From contig MU005976.1 in NCBI GenBank assembly GCA_010093745.1, forward strand, positions 62,001 to 126,000: a DNA stretch of 64,000 bases. The letters are read 5' to 3'. Of the stretch, positions 48,524 through 59,949 are shown one piece after another (within the stretch, counting starts at the first letter, position 1; every line of letters starts with the position of its first letter). The translations under genes were made by a program, and so were the position numbers. This DNA comes from Piedraia hortae CBS 480.64. Lineage: Eukaryota. Under the pieces are notes generated by a model. The model saw only the letters and a program-made list of their open reading frames with translations. It was not told the DNA's origin and made no database searches.

Positions 48524-49939
48524 CTATGTGTGCAACACCATGTTCCAAATAGCTGCCGCCGTCACGGCAAACAAGACGGCGAGCGTCACGTATGCCATCC
48601 AGGCTGGGACGATTATCGGTCTTGGACTGTTACTCGCACACAGTGCTTGGATGACCTCGTCGAAACGCGCCACCATCTTTGTTCGCGAAAATTCGTCCAC
48701 AACCCTCTCGCGACCTCGGATGCCCATTTGTTGCAATGTAGCAGCCGACGACGGGATGAGCGGTTTGCGCATCACTTCTGTCCACTGGTCGATCCGATTC
48801 GGAGACCGAAGCCAGCCATTTCTGCCATCGTAGATTGTCTCCAGCGGTCCTCCCGTGTTGGTAGCCAGGACAGGCACCTCAGCCAGCATCGCCTCCAACG
48901 GCACGATGCCAAAGTGTTCGTTTTCTGGAGTGTAGATCAACAGACTTGCCTCCCCTAGAAGTCGTCTTTTAAGCTCGTCCGGAACTGACAGCAGAAACAA
49001 AACATCGACGTCTCTCTGTGCGAGTGCAGCGGCCTCCTCACCGCTGACAGTTTCATGTTGCAGCTTAAGCGAGTCCGCGAGAGATTGCAGCGCCTTGTGC
49101 GTCGTGTGATTCTCCGCATTCCTCGGATCGAAGCCGCCGGCGAGAACAAGCTGCGCCCGGCTCCGATCTGCATCTAGACCGGCAAAAGCCTTGATTGCCA
49201 GACCAAGATTCTTCTTGCCTTCGAAACGGTTGATACTTAGCAGAGTTTTCTTGTTGGGCCAGATGGGGCCAGCTGAGTCCTTTGCGTAATCCGTATCAAC
49301 ACCGGGATAGATGACCTTGAGATTCATCTGTCGCATGCGTTTGAAAGTGGATTTGAACACAGATCTAGTAAACTTGCTGTTGACGACAATGACGTCCGCA
49401 GTCGAGCTGCTCCATTCTTCAAGAGCGTCAAAAGGTAGGCGATACAGTTGCTTCGCGTACTTGACTAGACCTTGGCCCTTTTTTGCGAGAAGCAAGTCTG
49501 GGAAATGACCATAGAAGATCACTTTGGTCTTGGGCAGAGCCCAGCGAAATAGAGGAATACATGCGCTCAACTGGTCAACGATTAGAACGTCCGGGTTCAG
49601 CGAGGACATTTCATTCGATAATATGCACGTTCTGATGGTTAATATGAGCTGGCGCAGGATAGCAAATAGGATGCTAAATGCGCCAGAGAATGGCAATACA
49701 ACATTGCCGCGCACGCGTACATCTAGAGTTCCTGCAGAATTACTTAGTCTTTAGTGCGGTCTTGGCAGTAATATACCATCTTTGGCCTCTTGGAAGCAGT
49801 GGGACTTATCGCAATGCGAGGTAAATATCGTTACTTTGTGGCCGTCTGATTGCAAACCCACGGCAGCGTCGATAACAAGTCGCTCAGCGCCTCCGATGCC
49901 GAGATCCGGGTGGATGAACACAACGCTCTTACGTGTCAT
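48524..49939 (-). CDS. alg2: Alpha-1,3/1,6-mannosyltransferase Alg2 (456 aa; exons 49939-49777, 49731-48524)
   Basis: [53 protein letters not shown]. Confidence 0.95.
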
Positions 49940-50040
49940 TGTAATGGCAAAGTCAATCAACCAATCAAGGATAGCCCCCACACAAAAACTAAATTCAAAA
50001 TTCGAAACGCACAGAGTATATGATGATACGATACATACAC

Positions 50041-51348
50041 TCATAAGTCCCGCTCAATCACAGTGTAGTCTTCCATTAGCCCCAGGCCTTCGCTCTGGGC
50101 AAGCCGCAGCTGGATGTCCCTGCAGTGATTGACCACAATGGCCAGCGCCAGGTTGCTCCACACGTCGTGGAGCGGGTCGTGGTAGTCAAACTTGGCTACC
50201 ACGTGCACGGGAAGGCGGGTATCATCGGGGCGGTATGCCACCAGCAGGATGTGGTAGCCGGTGGCGATGAGGCCGTATATCTGCGGCACAGATCCAGGCC
50301 GTCGTCGAGGCGGGGTGCGGCGGGACACCAGTTCGTAGTGATATTTCTGGTGGAGTTTGGCCATCTTGGCCTGGATTTTTCGCGCCATGGCGTCCACATT
50401 CCCACCGCTGGGCTGGGCCCAGAAAGTCAGCATGGGAATGGCCTGATTTGGGTCGACGCCGGCTTCCCTTTGCACTCGCCACGTATATGTCCGCAGCCTT
50501 CTCACCACTTCTTGCTCGTGCGAGCGTCCGACAGAGTCTGAGCTTCGGATCAGCCCGCCTATAGACATGATCGGCCTCAGAAATATATAGGCTCCACCTC
50601 TGCCGCTGCGCGTACTGCTGACGCTTTTTATGGCGGCTTCCCGGTCGTCGCCAAAGAGAATCTTGGGCAGATAGCTGAAGTCGTCCCGGAAATCCCTGGG
50701 CATCAACGGCTCTAGACCTCGCATTGCAATCTTGTGATGCAGTTTGATGTGGTCATCTCCCCAACCTTTTTCGGCCATCCTTGCGGGATCGATGCCTTTT
50801 CTGGCCAATTCATCGGTGAGTTTTGCATAATTCAATTCCAGCGAAGGCGTCGCCATGTAGTGTAATTTGGTGGGGGAGAGTACTTTGGGTGGCTTGATCT
50901 TGAGTTTGGTCGGCTGGGCAGCAATCTCGTTGGCGTCGAAGACAGTCGACAACTCTCCAAATTCAGTCTCATGTTCATCTCCGTAGGGCTCGGCGGTATC
51001 GACGGGTTGGTCACCGTATTCTACCACACCGTCCACAGATTCCTCCTCGTCCCGAGGTTCCTGCATGCACTGTTGGTAATTGTGCAGATCACGGGATTTT
51101 TCCCGATCATTGTCGTCCAAACCACCGTCCTCTTCCTGTCTGAGTTCTGCTTGGCCGTCTTCTACATCGTCTTCTTCGTCCACGGAGTCGTGGCCGTTGA
51201 TGTCCAGCATCGCCACATGCTCGTTTTCATCTGCACGTTCCTCGTCCTCATCTGTGTGTTCCTCGTGCTCATTGCCGTCTACTTGCACATCCCCTTCAAC
51301 CTCATCGTCGCTCTCGACTCTTGGAAACCCGCGAAATGCCCAGCCCAT
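50041..51348 (-). CDS. Hypothetical protein, 435 aa (acidic N-terminus, globular C-terminal domain)
   Basis: Long ATG-initiated ORF with coding-like GC3 bias; no motif recognised. Confidence 0.75.
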   Translation of the reverse strand: MGWAFRGFPRVESDDEVEGDVQVDGNEHEEHTDEDEERADENEHVAMLDINGHDSVDEEDDVEDGQAELRQEEDGGLDDNDREKSRDLHNYQQCMQEPRDEEESVDGVVEYGDQPVDTAEPYGDEHETEFGELSTVFDANEIAAQPTKLKIKPPKVLSPTKLHYMATPSLELNYAKLTDELARKGIDPARMAEKGWGDDHIKLHHKIAMRGLEPLMPRDFRDDFSYLPKILFGDDREAAIKSVSSTRSGRGGAYIFLRPIMSIGGLIRSSDSVGRSHEQEVVRRLRTYTWRVQREAGVDPNQAIPMLTFWAQPSGGNVDAMARKIQAKMAKLHQKYHYELVSRRTPPRRRPGSVPQIYGLIATGYHILLVAYRPDDTRLPVHVVAKFDYHDPLHDVWSNLALAIVVNHCRDIQLRLAQSEGLGLMEDYTVIERDL

Positions 51349-51747
51349 GTTGACAATAAAAGAGTCGATCGTGCGGTGGAGGCTTTGTGCGCCATGGGCA
51401 AGCAGACAGATATAGACCGGCCATGACCGCGACCGGCCATTTCCCCAGCGTTGGACTTGTCCTGACCGGAAGGAGAAGAAAGCCGTTGTGCGGCTTGATC
51501 CAGCCGTCCGGAATAGGCTTGGCGTGACAGCGGGCGCTAACCGAAAACGGCAATGACTCGCCCCGCGCGCGATGCGACGACGACGACGGCGACAGTTTCA
51601 ACGAGCTGACTATAAACGTGATAGCACGCGCGTGACCGGCATTTTTGGTTTCTGTAGATTTTTCTCCTGTCACCTTCTGCTCTCCACGCTGCACGAAACC
51701 GCAACTGAACCTAGTATCAGCTTTCCGTAGCTTCAAGCGTCGCCGTT

Positions 51748-54321
51748 ATGGCCTCTGTTGATTGGTCAGGCATGGATATTGACGCGGTCGCCTCAAGCAC
51801 CGCCGTTATGGCTCCCGCCGATTCGTCCGCCATGGACATTGACGGCCCCAGCTACTACGGGAATCGCAAGCGTTCGTATACGGAATATGCGACAGACGGT
51901 GGATCACAGCTTCTGCCCCGCGTCTCCGCACCTGCCGCCCCGCTTCCCTTTTCCACCGCGTACACGCTCTCGTCGATGGACCAGGCCGGTGCGCCCGCTC
52001 AGTACAGGCCCGCACCGCCCCTTTCGCGCCAGCCAACTTGCAGCGACCTTGACCACCCGCCAGTCGGCTGCACTTCGACTTTCTGCACTCCCGCTCAGCT
52101 CGCTCTTGCTGAGCGCACCCTTGCTCCGTACAGTCCCGCTCAGCACGCGTCCGCCCCCGGCGACTCTGGTGCCGCGCCCATCGGCAACGCCCGGCACATT
52201 GCGCCATTGAGGCGACGCTCCCCAGTCCACATGGAGGCGGCCCCAAACGCTCCTCCGACCGGTGGCATCAGCATTGAAGACGAGCGAGACGATGGCAAGA
52301 TCGTGCAGCTTGCGCGCCGCTGCGTTGGCTTCGTGTCGACTCTGGCCTCAATGACAGCGCGCATCGCCGTATCTGCCGCGACGCCGGTGTACATCATGTC
52401 GGGATCCATGTGCCAGTGGGTGCGCAATTGCCACTCCCGCACGCGCGTGGTGGCAGTCGAGACGACGCCCAACGGCTCCAAGAGACGCGCCGTCGAAGAT
52501 TCCAACCGCTTCAGCGACTCCGAGGGACGTCGCGCGGCCAGATCAGCTAAAGCTCGCCGCAAGCGCATGCCCGGAGCCTTCCCGGTCTCTCCCAGATTAT
52601 GCTCTCGAACTCCGCCCTTTCAACACACCCCTTTGCCCACTCCGTCTCCCTCAACGTTCCTGTTCGATCCGCTTAGCGTGCACAGCCCGCTAGATGACAG
52701 CAACACCACCATCAACAGCGCCAACGATCCGAACCCCGACCCCATCTACGCGAAGCTGCCGCAGTCGGTTCGCCAGGGCATGAGGAAGTTTCGCGCACAG
52801 AAGCGCAAGAAGCAGACCAAGGACAAGACCAAGTCGCCCAAGCTGCTGTCCCCGCAGAATGACTTGAACAAGATCAGGAAGTCGAACAAGGACAGTCCAG
52901 CCGATGCTGCTGCCAAGAAGGCCGTCAGAGCTGCCATCCGGCTTCAGCGGAAGATCAGGGGCACCGACGATCCTGATTATGTCGACGAATACGGTCTCAC
53001 AGAACGACAGATTCTAGAAGATTCAAAGAAACCGCTCGGCTCAGTTCGCTACACCAGCAGAGAGCAGATGTATAGGGACCTCATAGCCCGTTCCAATCGC
53101 CAGTTACTGGAGGGAAAGGCATTGGAGCGCTATTGCCGCAAATACCGTCCCAACGAGGACCCCAAGGACGTCTTGAACGATCCCATGGACATTAGAAATC
53201 AGTATAAGGCGCTAAAGAGATTCGAGCGCGCGACCAAGGTGGATGAGGAGATCAAGAAATTAATCGAATACGACATCAAGGAATACGTCCATCTGACGGG
53301 TGAGTCGCTGGAGGCCATTCTCAACTGCTCTGTCCTACGCAGCACGATAAGGGCCGATCCCGAGCGCTCCCTCGGCGAATATGCCGAATGGGAGAAGAAG
53401 TTGGAGAAGGCACGCCGCAAGGTTCGCCAGGCCGAGGACGACGCGCTCCGTAAGGCCTGGGCTGAGTCCGAAAAGGCCGCTCAGAGACGTGAAGAAAAGG
53501 CTGCTCGTGCCAAGAAACTCGAACAGATCAAAGCCGAGAGGAAGAAGATTGTGCCCAAGTCGGCCAGAGCTCCATTGATCCAGACCCTCAGCCAAGAGCG
53601 CAGCGACAGCGTGTGGAAGGCAATGAAGTACCGTAACAAGGACCAGGTCCTCAGCACGAGTATGACGGGCGTCGAGCTCACGCGCAAGGATTTTGGTACC
53701 CTTTTGGCCCGCACCAGCCAGGAGATCTCCCATGAATGGCTCAACGACGAGATTGTCAACGCCTTCATGTCTGCCATTGTGGAGAATCGAAAGGCCCACG
53801 ATAAATACGACAAGGAATCCGGCAAGGCACCTGCCCTCGCCGCGTTTCAGACGGGCTGGTACAATACCTGGAAATCCCGTGGCGTCTCCGGCATTGCACG
53901 TTGGAGTCGCCGCATGGGAATCAAGGGTAACAAGCTCTTGGGAGCAGAACATATTTTCTTCCCCATCAACAGCGGGGTTCACTGGACCCTGCTGTTGATC
54001 TCCCCAAAGTCCAGGACCATCAATCACCTGGATAGCATGGGGAGCAAGAGCGGCGAAATGCTACAGTTCGCTAGAGAGTGGCTACGGATGGAATTGGGCG
54101 ACGCCTACGTGGCGTCGGAATGGACCGTGGCCAAGGGGTCGAGCAGTCGGCAGGACAACAGCGACGACTGCGGCGTCTTTGCCTGCTTCAACGCCCTTGC
54201 CGTTGCCGAGAAGCGCAGCTTCGAGGACGTAACGGCGGAGCAGATGCAGGACGCTCGCAAGATGTTGGCAGCTCTGCTGCTCGACCCCTTGGCCTGGCGG
54301 GAGTTTGGCCTGACGCATTAG
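51748..54321 (+). CDS. ulp1: Ulp1-family (C48) SUMO protease, 857 aa
   Basis: EWLNDEIVN, FPINSGVHWTLL (His), LDSM (Asp), QDNSDDCGVF (Gln, Cys). Confidence 0.9.
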   Translation: MASVDWSGMDIDAVASSTAVMAPADSSAMDIDGPSYYGNRKRSYTEYATDGGSQLLPRVSAPAAPLPFSTAYTLSSMDQAGAPAQYRPAPPLSRQPTCSDLDHPPVGCTSTFCTPAQLALAERTLAPYSPAQHASAPGDSGAAPIGNARHIAPLRRRSPVHMEAAPNAPPTGGISIEDERDDGKIVQLARRCVGFVSTLASMTARIAVSAATPVYIMSGSMCQWVRNCHSRTRVVAVETTPNGSKRRAVEDSNRFSDSEGRRAARSAKARRKRMPGAFPVSPRLCSRTPPFQHTPLPTPSPSTFLFDPLSVHSPLDDSNTTINSANDPNPDPIYAKLPQSVRQGMRKFRAQKRKKQTKDKTKSPKLLSPQNDLNKIRKSNKDSPADAAAKKAVRAAIRLQRKIRGTDDPDYVDEYGLTERQILEDSKKPLGSVRYTSREQMYRDLIARSNRQLLEGKALERYCRKYRPNEDPKDVLNDPMDIRNQYKALKRFERATKVDEEIKKLIEYDIKEYVHLTGESLEAILNCSVLRSTIRADPERSLGEYAEWEKKLEKARRKVRQAEDDALRKAWAESEKAAQRREEKAARAKKLEQIKAERKKIVPKSARAPLIQTLSQERSDSVWKAMKYRNKDQVLSTSMTGVELTRKDFGTLLARTSQEISHEWLNDEIVNAFMSAIVENRKAHDKYDKESGKAPALAAFQTGWYNTWKSRGVSGIARWSRRMGIKGNKLLGAEHIFFPINSGVHWTLLLISPKSRTINHLDSMGSKSGEMLQFAREWLRMELGDAYVASEWTVAKGSSSRQDNSDDCGVFACFNALAVAEKRSFEDVTAEQMQDARKMLAALLLDPLAWREFGLTH

Positions 54322-54361
54322 GCGTCGGGCTGGGGGTTAAGGTTGAGGTTGGGAAGGGAGG

Positions 54362-54419
54362 NNNNNNNNNNNNNNNNNNNNNNNNNNNNNNNNNNNNNNN
54401 NNNNNNNNNNNNNNNNNNN
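54362..54419. other. Assembly gap (58 N)
   Basis: Run of N flanked by G-rich sequence. Confidence 1.
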
Positions 54420-55226
54420 TTGGGTAGCATGGCATTGGGGGCAAAATTGCAGCGTTGGGATGATACGACGGGACGAATTGGCATGATGGAATGATGGAAT
54501 GATGGCATGACAAACGTAGACTGTACAATATGCACGCGATGTGCTGTAATACGGAATCTTGTAAACTTCAAAGTTTTGTCATATTTTCCATGGCGTTACG
54601 TGCGGCCGCGTGGAATGCTGGACTTTATCCTTAACCAACTCACCATCACTACAGCCGTCTAGACTGGAAGAAAGACATTTTTGTTTTGTAGAACATGGTG
54701 AGTTCGGTCCAGAAGCTCCTCAATGATCAGCATGTGGCCCTCTGCCGCCAATTTCGCTTGGACGGCAAGGAGCACACAGACACAACCTAACAGTGCCCCA
54801 CTGGAAAATAGGCCCAGTCCGCACGTTCAGACCGCACGTTTCACATTCTTTTAATTAGACATGTCAACGGCCACTGTCCAAAGTGACGAGGCCGTTTAGT
54901 GTCAGTTCATGACAGGAAGACTGACTTTGATCCCCAAGTTGGCCGAAGAGCAAGTGACAACACCATGGACACGTATCCTATGATCAATTGAACCCCAAGA
55001 ACATGCTCGATTACGAAGCTGTTGCCAAACTGTCTGGTAGCGTCCTACATATACCAATTCAACTGATCTATTTCCCTCCCATATTTGGCCACCATCAGGG
55101 TGAAATGAACGACGGTATTCCAACGGTAAGTCGTCGTTCCTCCAAACACGCGCACGAGCAAATGCTCGACTACACGTAGGTATATCTCTCCCACTCCTCC
55201 CATCCTTCTCTCATCAGTTTCCCTCA

Positions 55227-55256
55227 CCTCCTCCTCCTCCTCCTCCTCCTCCTCCT
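55227..55256. repeat. (CCT)10 microsatellite upstream of the aspartic protease
   Basis: Seen directly. Confidence 0.9.
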
Positions 55257-55341
55257 CATCACAACCTCCTGCCCTAGACGGTGCACTTTCTCTCCTTTAC
55301 TCAAATCTTCACACTCATTTTTATCGACGACCATCTTTACG

Positions 55342-56976
55342 ATGCCTCAACAACTCACCGCTTGGGCTCTTGCCATACTCATGAGCACTGCTGCCATGGC
55401 GGCTCCCACTCCAGGACACCCAAAGGTCCAGAAACGAACCGTTACCGTTCCCGTCCATGCTCGTATCCACAACACTCGCAGCCCCGTGGAGGAATTGCAC
55501 CGTACCTTTGCCAAGTTTGGCTTCGATCCCGCCTCTCTTCCCAAGCTCGATGCTCAGGCTAAGCAAAACTGGGTTGCCCCCGGCAAGGCTCCTTATGGTA
55601 ACAGGACCTGTGAAGATCCTTCTAAAGCCCATCGCTATGACGCTTCCGACCCATTTGGCTCTGGAGGCGAACCAGGAGGCTCTGATCCTTTGGGCTCCAG
55701 TGGATCTGATCCTTTGGGCTCCAGTGGATCTGATCCCATGGGCTCCGGTGGATCTGGTCCCATGGGCTCCGGTGGATCTGATCCCATGGGCAGCGGGGCC
55801 AGCCCTTATGGTGGCGGTGAACCGAGTTCTGGAGGTCCCACAGGTGGTGACCCCTCTGGCTCCGGTTCTTCACCTGCTGGTTCTGGAGCCCCTGCCCCCT
55901 ATGGCTCAAGCGTCCCTTCTGCCAGCCCATCTGCTCCTCCGCCATATGGCTCAAGCCCACCTGCTCCCATGAGCACCGGTTCTGGCAGCAAAACCGGCAC
56001 CGTCGCAGCCACCCCGGACAAGGATGACGCCGAATACCTCGAGAACGTCAAGATTGGCTCCGAGTGCCTCTCCGTCAGCCTTGACTTTGACACTGGTTCG
56101 TCTGATTTCTGGATCATGAGCACCAAGACCAGCAATGCTGGTGAAGGCCACACTCTTTTCGACCCATCCAAATCGTCCACCTGGAAAGACTACCAGGGCG
56201 GTTCCTGGCAAATATCTTACGGCGACGGGTCCACGGCCACCGGCACCGTCGGCTTCGACCGCGTCGACATTGGCGGAGTGGTAGCCGAACACCAAGCCAT
56301 CGAACTCGCCGACAGTGTCTCTGAACAATTCGCCAAGAACCCCAAGACGAACGGCCTAGTCGGCCTCGGCTTCGGCAACATCAACACGGTCAAGCCTGAG
56401 CAGCAGAAGACGTTCTTCGAGAACGTGCAGGGCAACCTCGACCAGCCCGTCTTCACCTGCGATCTGCGCCACAACGAAGCTGGATCCTACACCTTTGGCT
56501 CCATTGACAACAGCCACGGCGACATCCACTGGGTTCCCATTGACAGCAGCAAGGGCTGGTGGCAATTCGACACCAAGTCCTACAGCATCAACGGCCAGAC
56601 CCAGCAGTGCACGACTTGCCACCAAGCCATTGCCGATACGGGCACCTCGCTCATGCTCATGGACCAGGACATTGTCGACAACTACTACAAGAGCGTCGAG
56701 GGAGCTCAGAACGATGAGAGCCAGGGCGGTTATGTCTACGACTGCAATGCCAAGCTCCCTGACTTTGGTGTTGCGATTGGCGACTACATGGCCATCATCC
56801 CGGGTAGCACTCTTTCTTATGGTCAGAACGGCGACAAGTGCTTTGGTGGTCTGCAGAGCAACAAGGGCCAGGAGACACAGATCTTGGGTGATGTCTTCCT
56901 TAAGCCGTTCTTGGCGGCCTTTGATGGTGGTCAGAAGCGTTTCGGTGTTGCTCCCAAGCAGCCCAAGGGGTATTAA
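55342..56976 (+). CDS. Secreted A1 aspartic protease (aspergillopepsin/penicillopepsin-like) with G/S/P-rich repeat insert, 544 aa
   Basis: Signal peptide, propeptide, LDFDTGSSDFW, ISYGDGS, GLVGLGF, AIADTGTSL, ILGDVFLK. Confidence 0.93.
   Translation: MPQQLTAWALAILMSTAAMAAPTPGHPKVQKRTVTVPVHARIHNTRSPVEELHRTFAKFGFDPASLPKLDAQAKQNWVAPGKAPYGNRTCEDPSKAHRYDASDPFGSGGEPGGSDPLGSSGSDPLGSSGSDPMGSGGSGPMGSGGSDPMGSGASPYGGGEPSSGGPTGGDPSGSGSSPAGSGAPAPYGSSVPSASPSAPPPYGSSPPAPMSTGSGSKTGTVAATPDKDDAEYLENVKIGSECLSVSLDFDTGSSDFWIMSTKTSNAGEGHTLFDPSKSSTWKDYQGGSWQISYGDGSTATGTVGFDRVDIGGVVAEHQAIELADSVSEQFAKNPKTNGLVGLGFGNINTVKPEQQKTFFENVQGNLDQPVFTCDLRHNEAGSYTFGSIDNSHGDIHWVPIDSSKGWWQFDTKSYSINGQTQQCTTCHQAIADTGTSLMLMDQDIVDNYYKSVEGAQNDESQGGYVYDCNAKLPDFGVAIGDYMAIIPGSTLSYGQNGDKCFGGLQSNKGQETQILGDVFLKPFLAAFDGGQKRFGVAPKQPKGY
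55678..55797 (+). repeat. Coding minisatellite, about five 24-bp units (GSDP[L/M]GS[S/G])
   Basis: ggatctgatcctttgggctccagt-type units in tandem. Confidence 0.9.
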
Positions 56977-57330
56977 ATGCATATATCCATAGAGGTTTCT
57001 GATGACATATATGGAGCTTGCTGATGAAATACATCCTCTTCCAATGTGCGTGACAGCAAGCAATTCTTTGCCTAGACTGTTCAAGCTATGTCTGTGATAC
57101 CTACCTACTTAGTTTCATCCTCACTCCAAGCCCAATTGCCCATTCTGAGGTCCCTTACCCCACAAGCCCAACAGCCACTACGCCCAAACAGGGATAACCT
57201 CATAACGTCGCATCATTCTAACCTCGGCACATCTTACGTCCGTCCATTATCAGCAGCCATCCATCCATGATCCCTCCCTCCCTCCCATCCCCAACCCAAA
57301 GCAAACAATCTTCAAAGAAACAACCCAATC

Positions 57331-59808
57331 ATGCCCAACGACTCCACCCCCAACAAAGTCATCACGCTTCCCCTCCTCCCCCTCCCCCGGAGCATAGTTC
57401 TCTTCCCCACCCTCGCCGCCCGGATCCCACTATCCCAACGCCCCGACCTCGCCGCCCTCCTAACCCACCTATCCACAACCTCCCCCTCCAACCCCACAAA
57501 CTGGCTCATCGGGGCAATCCCGCTAAACCCAACCAAGTCCCTAAATCTCTCCCTTCCAGAAACAAAAAAGGAACACCTCTTCACGCACGGCACCACGGCG
57601 CGAATAATCGCAATGCAGAACCGTATCGGGTCCGAATTCCACCTCATAATTGAAGGAATACAACGCTTCAGACTCTTGGGGGTGGAGAAAGAGGGTGCGT
57701 TTCTCGAAGGAAAAGTCGAACTCCTCGTGGAGGAACCACAGGCCAATGGAGATATGATTATGGAGTTGAGGCAGAAGAGTCGTGAGGTTGTGGGGTTGTG
57801 GAGACCGAGGGTGCTGCAGGAGGTTGTTGCTCGGAGGGAGGATGCGGGGAAACTTGCTGATCTGCTGGCGACGGTGGGGGGGTTGGAGAATGGGGAGTTG
57901 TTGAAGGTGCTTGCGACCCTTGAGGTGAAGGAACGGGTGGACTTTGTGCTTGAAGCTGTTGGGAAGAAGACTGCCGCAGCGGCAGGGGAGAGGAGGGTTG
58001 TTCAGAGGGTTAGAGGGGAGGGTAAGAGGGGTTTCACACCAAGGATGCCTGGGGAGGAGGATGAAATGGATGATTTAAACGAGTTGAGGAAGAGGGTGGA
58101 AAAAGCGGAGTTGTCGGCCGAAGCGAGAAAGGTTGCGGAACGGGAAGTTAAGAGGTTGAGTAAGATGAGCACCGCGCAGGCGGAATACCATGTTTGTAGG
58201 GCATATGTTGAGAATTTGGTGGAGATTCCGTGGGTGAAGGAGACGGGGGGGAGGTTTGATTCCGGGACGTTAAAGAGGGCGAAGGAACAGCTTGATGAGG
58301 ATCATTATGGATTGGAGAAGATCAAGAAACGCTTGGTGGAGTATCTTGCTGTGTTGAAGTTGAAGAGTGGGGTTAATGCCGAGTTGGAGAAGAAGGTGGA
58401 AAAGGCGGAGAATGAGGATGTTGCGGGGGAGTTGAGGAGGAAGAGGATGGTTGATAAATCCCCGATTTTGTTGCTTGTGGGACCACCTGGCACGGGGAAG
58501 ACTTCGCTGGCGAAGTCGGTGGCTGCTTCGCTTGGGAGGGAGTTCCATCGAATTTCGCTTGGTGGGGTGCGTGATGAGGGGGAGATTAGGGGGCATAGGA
58601 GGACGTATGTGGCTGCCATGCCGGGGCTGATTGTGACTGGGTTGAAGAAGGTTGGGGTTGTTAATCCCGTGTTCTTGCTGGATGAGATTGATAAAATCGG
58701 GATGGGCAATCATCAGGGCGATCCTTCTGCTGCGATGTTGGAGGTTCTTGATCCTGAACAGAACCATACGTTTGTGGATCATTATGTGAGTATCCCGATT
58801 GATCTGAGCAAGGTTTTGTTCATTGCTACCGCAAACTCGCTCGACACTATCCCTCCGCCTCTGCTGGATCGGATGGAGACCATTCAGCTATCAGGATACA
58901 CCAGTATTGAGAAGCAGCAGATTGCTCGACGACATCTTCTTCCAAAGCAGGTTACAACAAACGGACTCAACGAAGGAGACGTCAAAATGTCCGATGCTGT
59001 TCTCGAAAAAATCATCACAGCCTACACGCGCGAAGCAGGCGTACGCAACCTTGAGCGCGAACTCGGCAGCGTATGTCGCGCTAAAGCCGTACAATATGCC
59101 GATGCGCAGGACTCGTCTCAGCCATCGAACTACAATCCCGTTGTTGAACCCCAAGACCTGGAACCTATCCTCGGCGCTGAAAAATTCGAAGACGAACTCG
59201 CCTCACGTCTCAACCCACCAGGAATCGTCACCGGCCTCGTTGCCTTTTCCAGCCTCTCTCAAGGGAGCATCCTCTTCATTGAAGTGGCTGAAATGCCAGG
59301 CAACGGCCAGGTCCAACTCACTGGCACTCTCGGGGGCGTTCTTCAAGAATCCGTTCATGTAGCCCTCTCATGGGTAAAAGCCCATGCATTCGAACTCTCG
59401 CTAACAACCTCCCCGGACGAGGATATCATGAAATCGCGGAATATCCATGTCCATTGCCCCGCGGGTGCAATCCCCAAAGATGGACCCTCAGCCGGTTTGG
59501 CGCATACCGTTGCGATAATTTCGCTGTTTTCAGGTAGGCCCGTCCCGCCGAAACTGGCCATGACGGGCGAGATTAGTCTTCGGGGCAGGGTTCTACCCGT
59601 GGGAGGCATTACTGAGAAGTGTATTGGTGCGATGAGGGCTGGTGTGGAGAAGGTTCTGCTTCCGGAGATGAACAGAAAGGATGTAAAAGAGCTGCCACTG
59701 GAGGTGAGGCAGGGTCTGGAGATTGCGTTTGTGGGTAATGTCTGGGACGCGTTGGGTCATGTTTGGCCCGATAGGGCATGGGAGGGACATATGGATAGTC
59801 GGTTGTAA
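57331..59808 (+). CDS. Peroxisomal Lon protease (LonP2/Pln type), 825 aa
   Basis: LON N-domain, GPPGTGKTS, LLDEIDK, PKDGPSAG (catalytic Ser), PVGGITEK (Lys), C-terminal PTS1 SRL. Confidence 0.95.
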   Translation: MPNDSTPNKVITLPLLPLPRSIVLFPTLAARIPLSQRPDLAALLTHLSTTSPSNPTNWLIGAIPLNPTKSLNLSLPETKKEHLFTHGTTARIIAMQNRIGSEFHLIIEGIQRFRLLGVEKEGAFLEGKVELLVEEPQANGDMIMELRQKSREVVGLWRPRVLQEVVARREDAGKLADLLATVGGLENGELLKVLATLEVKERVDFVLEAVGKKTAAAAGERRVVQRVRGEGKRGFTPRMPGEEDEMDDLNELRKRVEKAELSAEARKVAEREVKRLSKMSTAQAEYHVCRAYVENLVEIPWVKETGGRFDSGTLKRAKEQLDEDHYGLEKIKKRLVEYLAVLKLKSGVNAELEKKVEKAENEDVAGELRRKRMVDKSPILLLVGPPGTGKTSLAKSVAASLGREFHRISLGGVRDEGEIRGHRRTYVAAMPGLIVTGLKKVGVVNPVFLLDEIDKIGMGNHQGDPSAAMLEVLDPEQNHTFVDHYVSIPIDLSKVLFIATANSLDTIPPPLLDRMETIQLSGYTSIEKQQIARRHLLPKQVTTNGLNEGDVKMSDAVLEKIITAYTREAGVRNLERELGSVCRAKAVQYADAQDSSQPSNYNPVVEPQDLEPILGAEKFEDELASRLNPPGIVTGLVAFSSLSQGSILFIEVAEMPGNGQVQLTGTLGGVLQESVHVALSWVKAHAFELSLTTSPDEDIMKSRNIHVHCPAGAIPKDGPSAGLAHTVAIISLFSGRPVPPKLAMTGEISLRGRVLPVGGITEKCIGAMRAGVEKVLLPEMNRKDVKELPLEVRQGLEIAFVGNVWDALGHVWPDRAWEGHMDSRL

Positions 59809-59917
59809 TTGCACTACTTTCAACCTTAGATAAAGCGTGAACAACATCCTTGTGCCACACTACTACCCTAAATCCTGCATAGCTGTGCTCGTAAATGAGG
59901 TTGATTGTGGTGGCGCA

Positions 59918-59928
59918 GTATATATACT
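59918..59928 (+). promoter_or_regulatory. TATA element about 25-30 bp upstream of the SRP RNA gene
   Basis: gtatatatact upstream of GCTGTAATGGC; consistent with a TATA-assisted Pol III promoter (inference). Confidence 0.45.
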
Positions 59929-59949
59929 CCACTTTCTGCGTTGTTAGTT

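Noticed and set aside
55678..55797. CRISPR-like array
   Set aside because: Head-to-tail coding minisatellite with no unique spacers, in a eukaryotic gene
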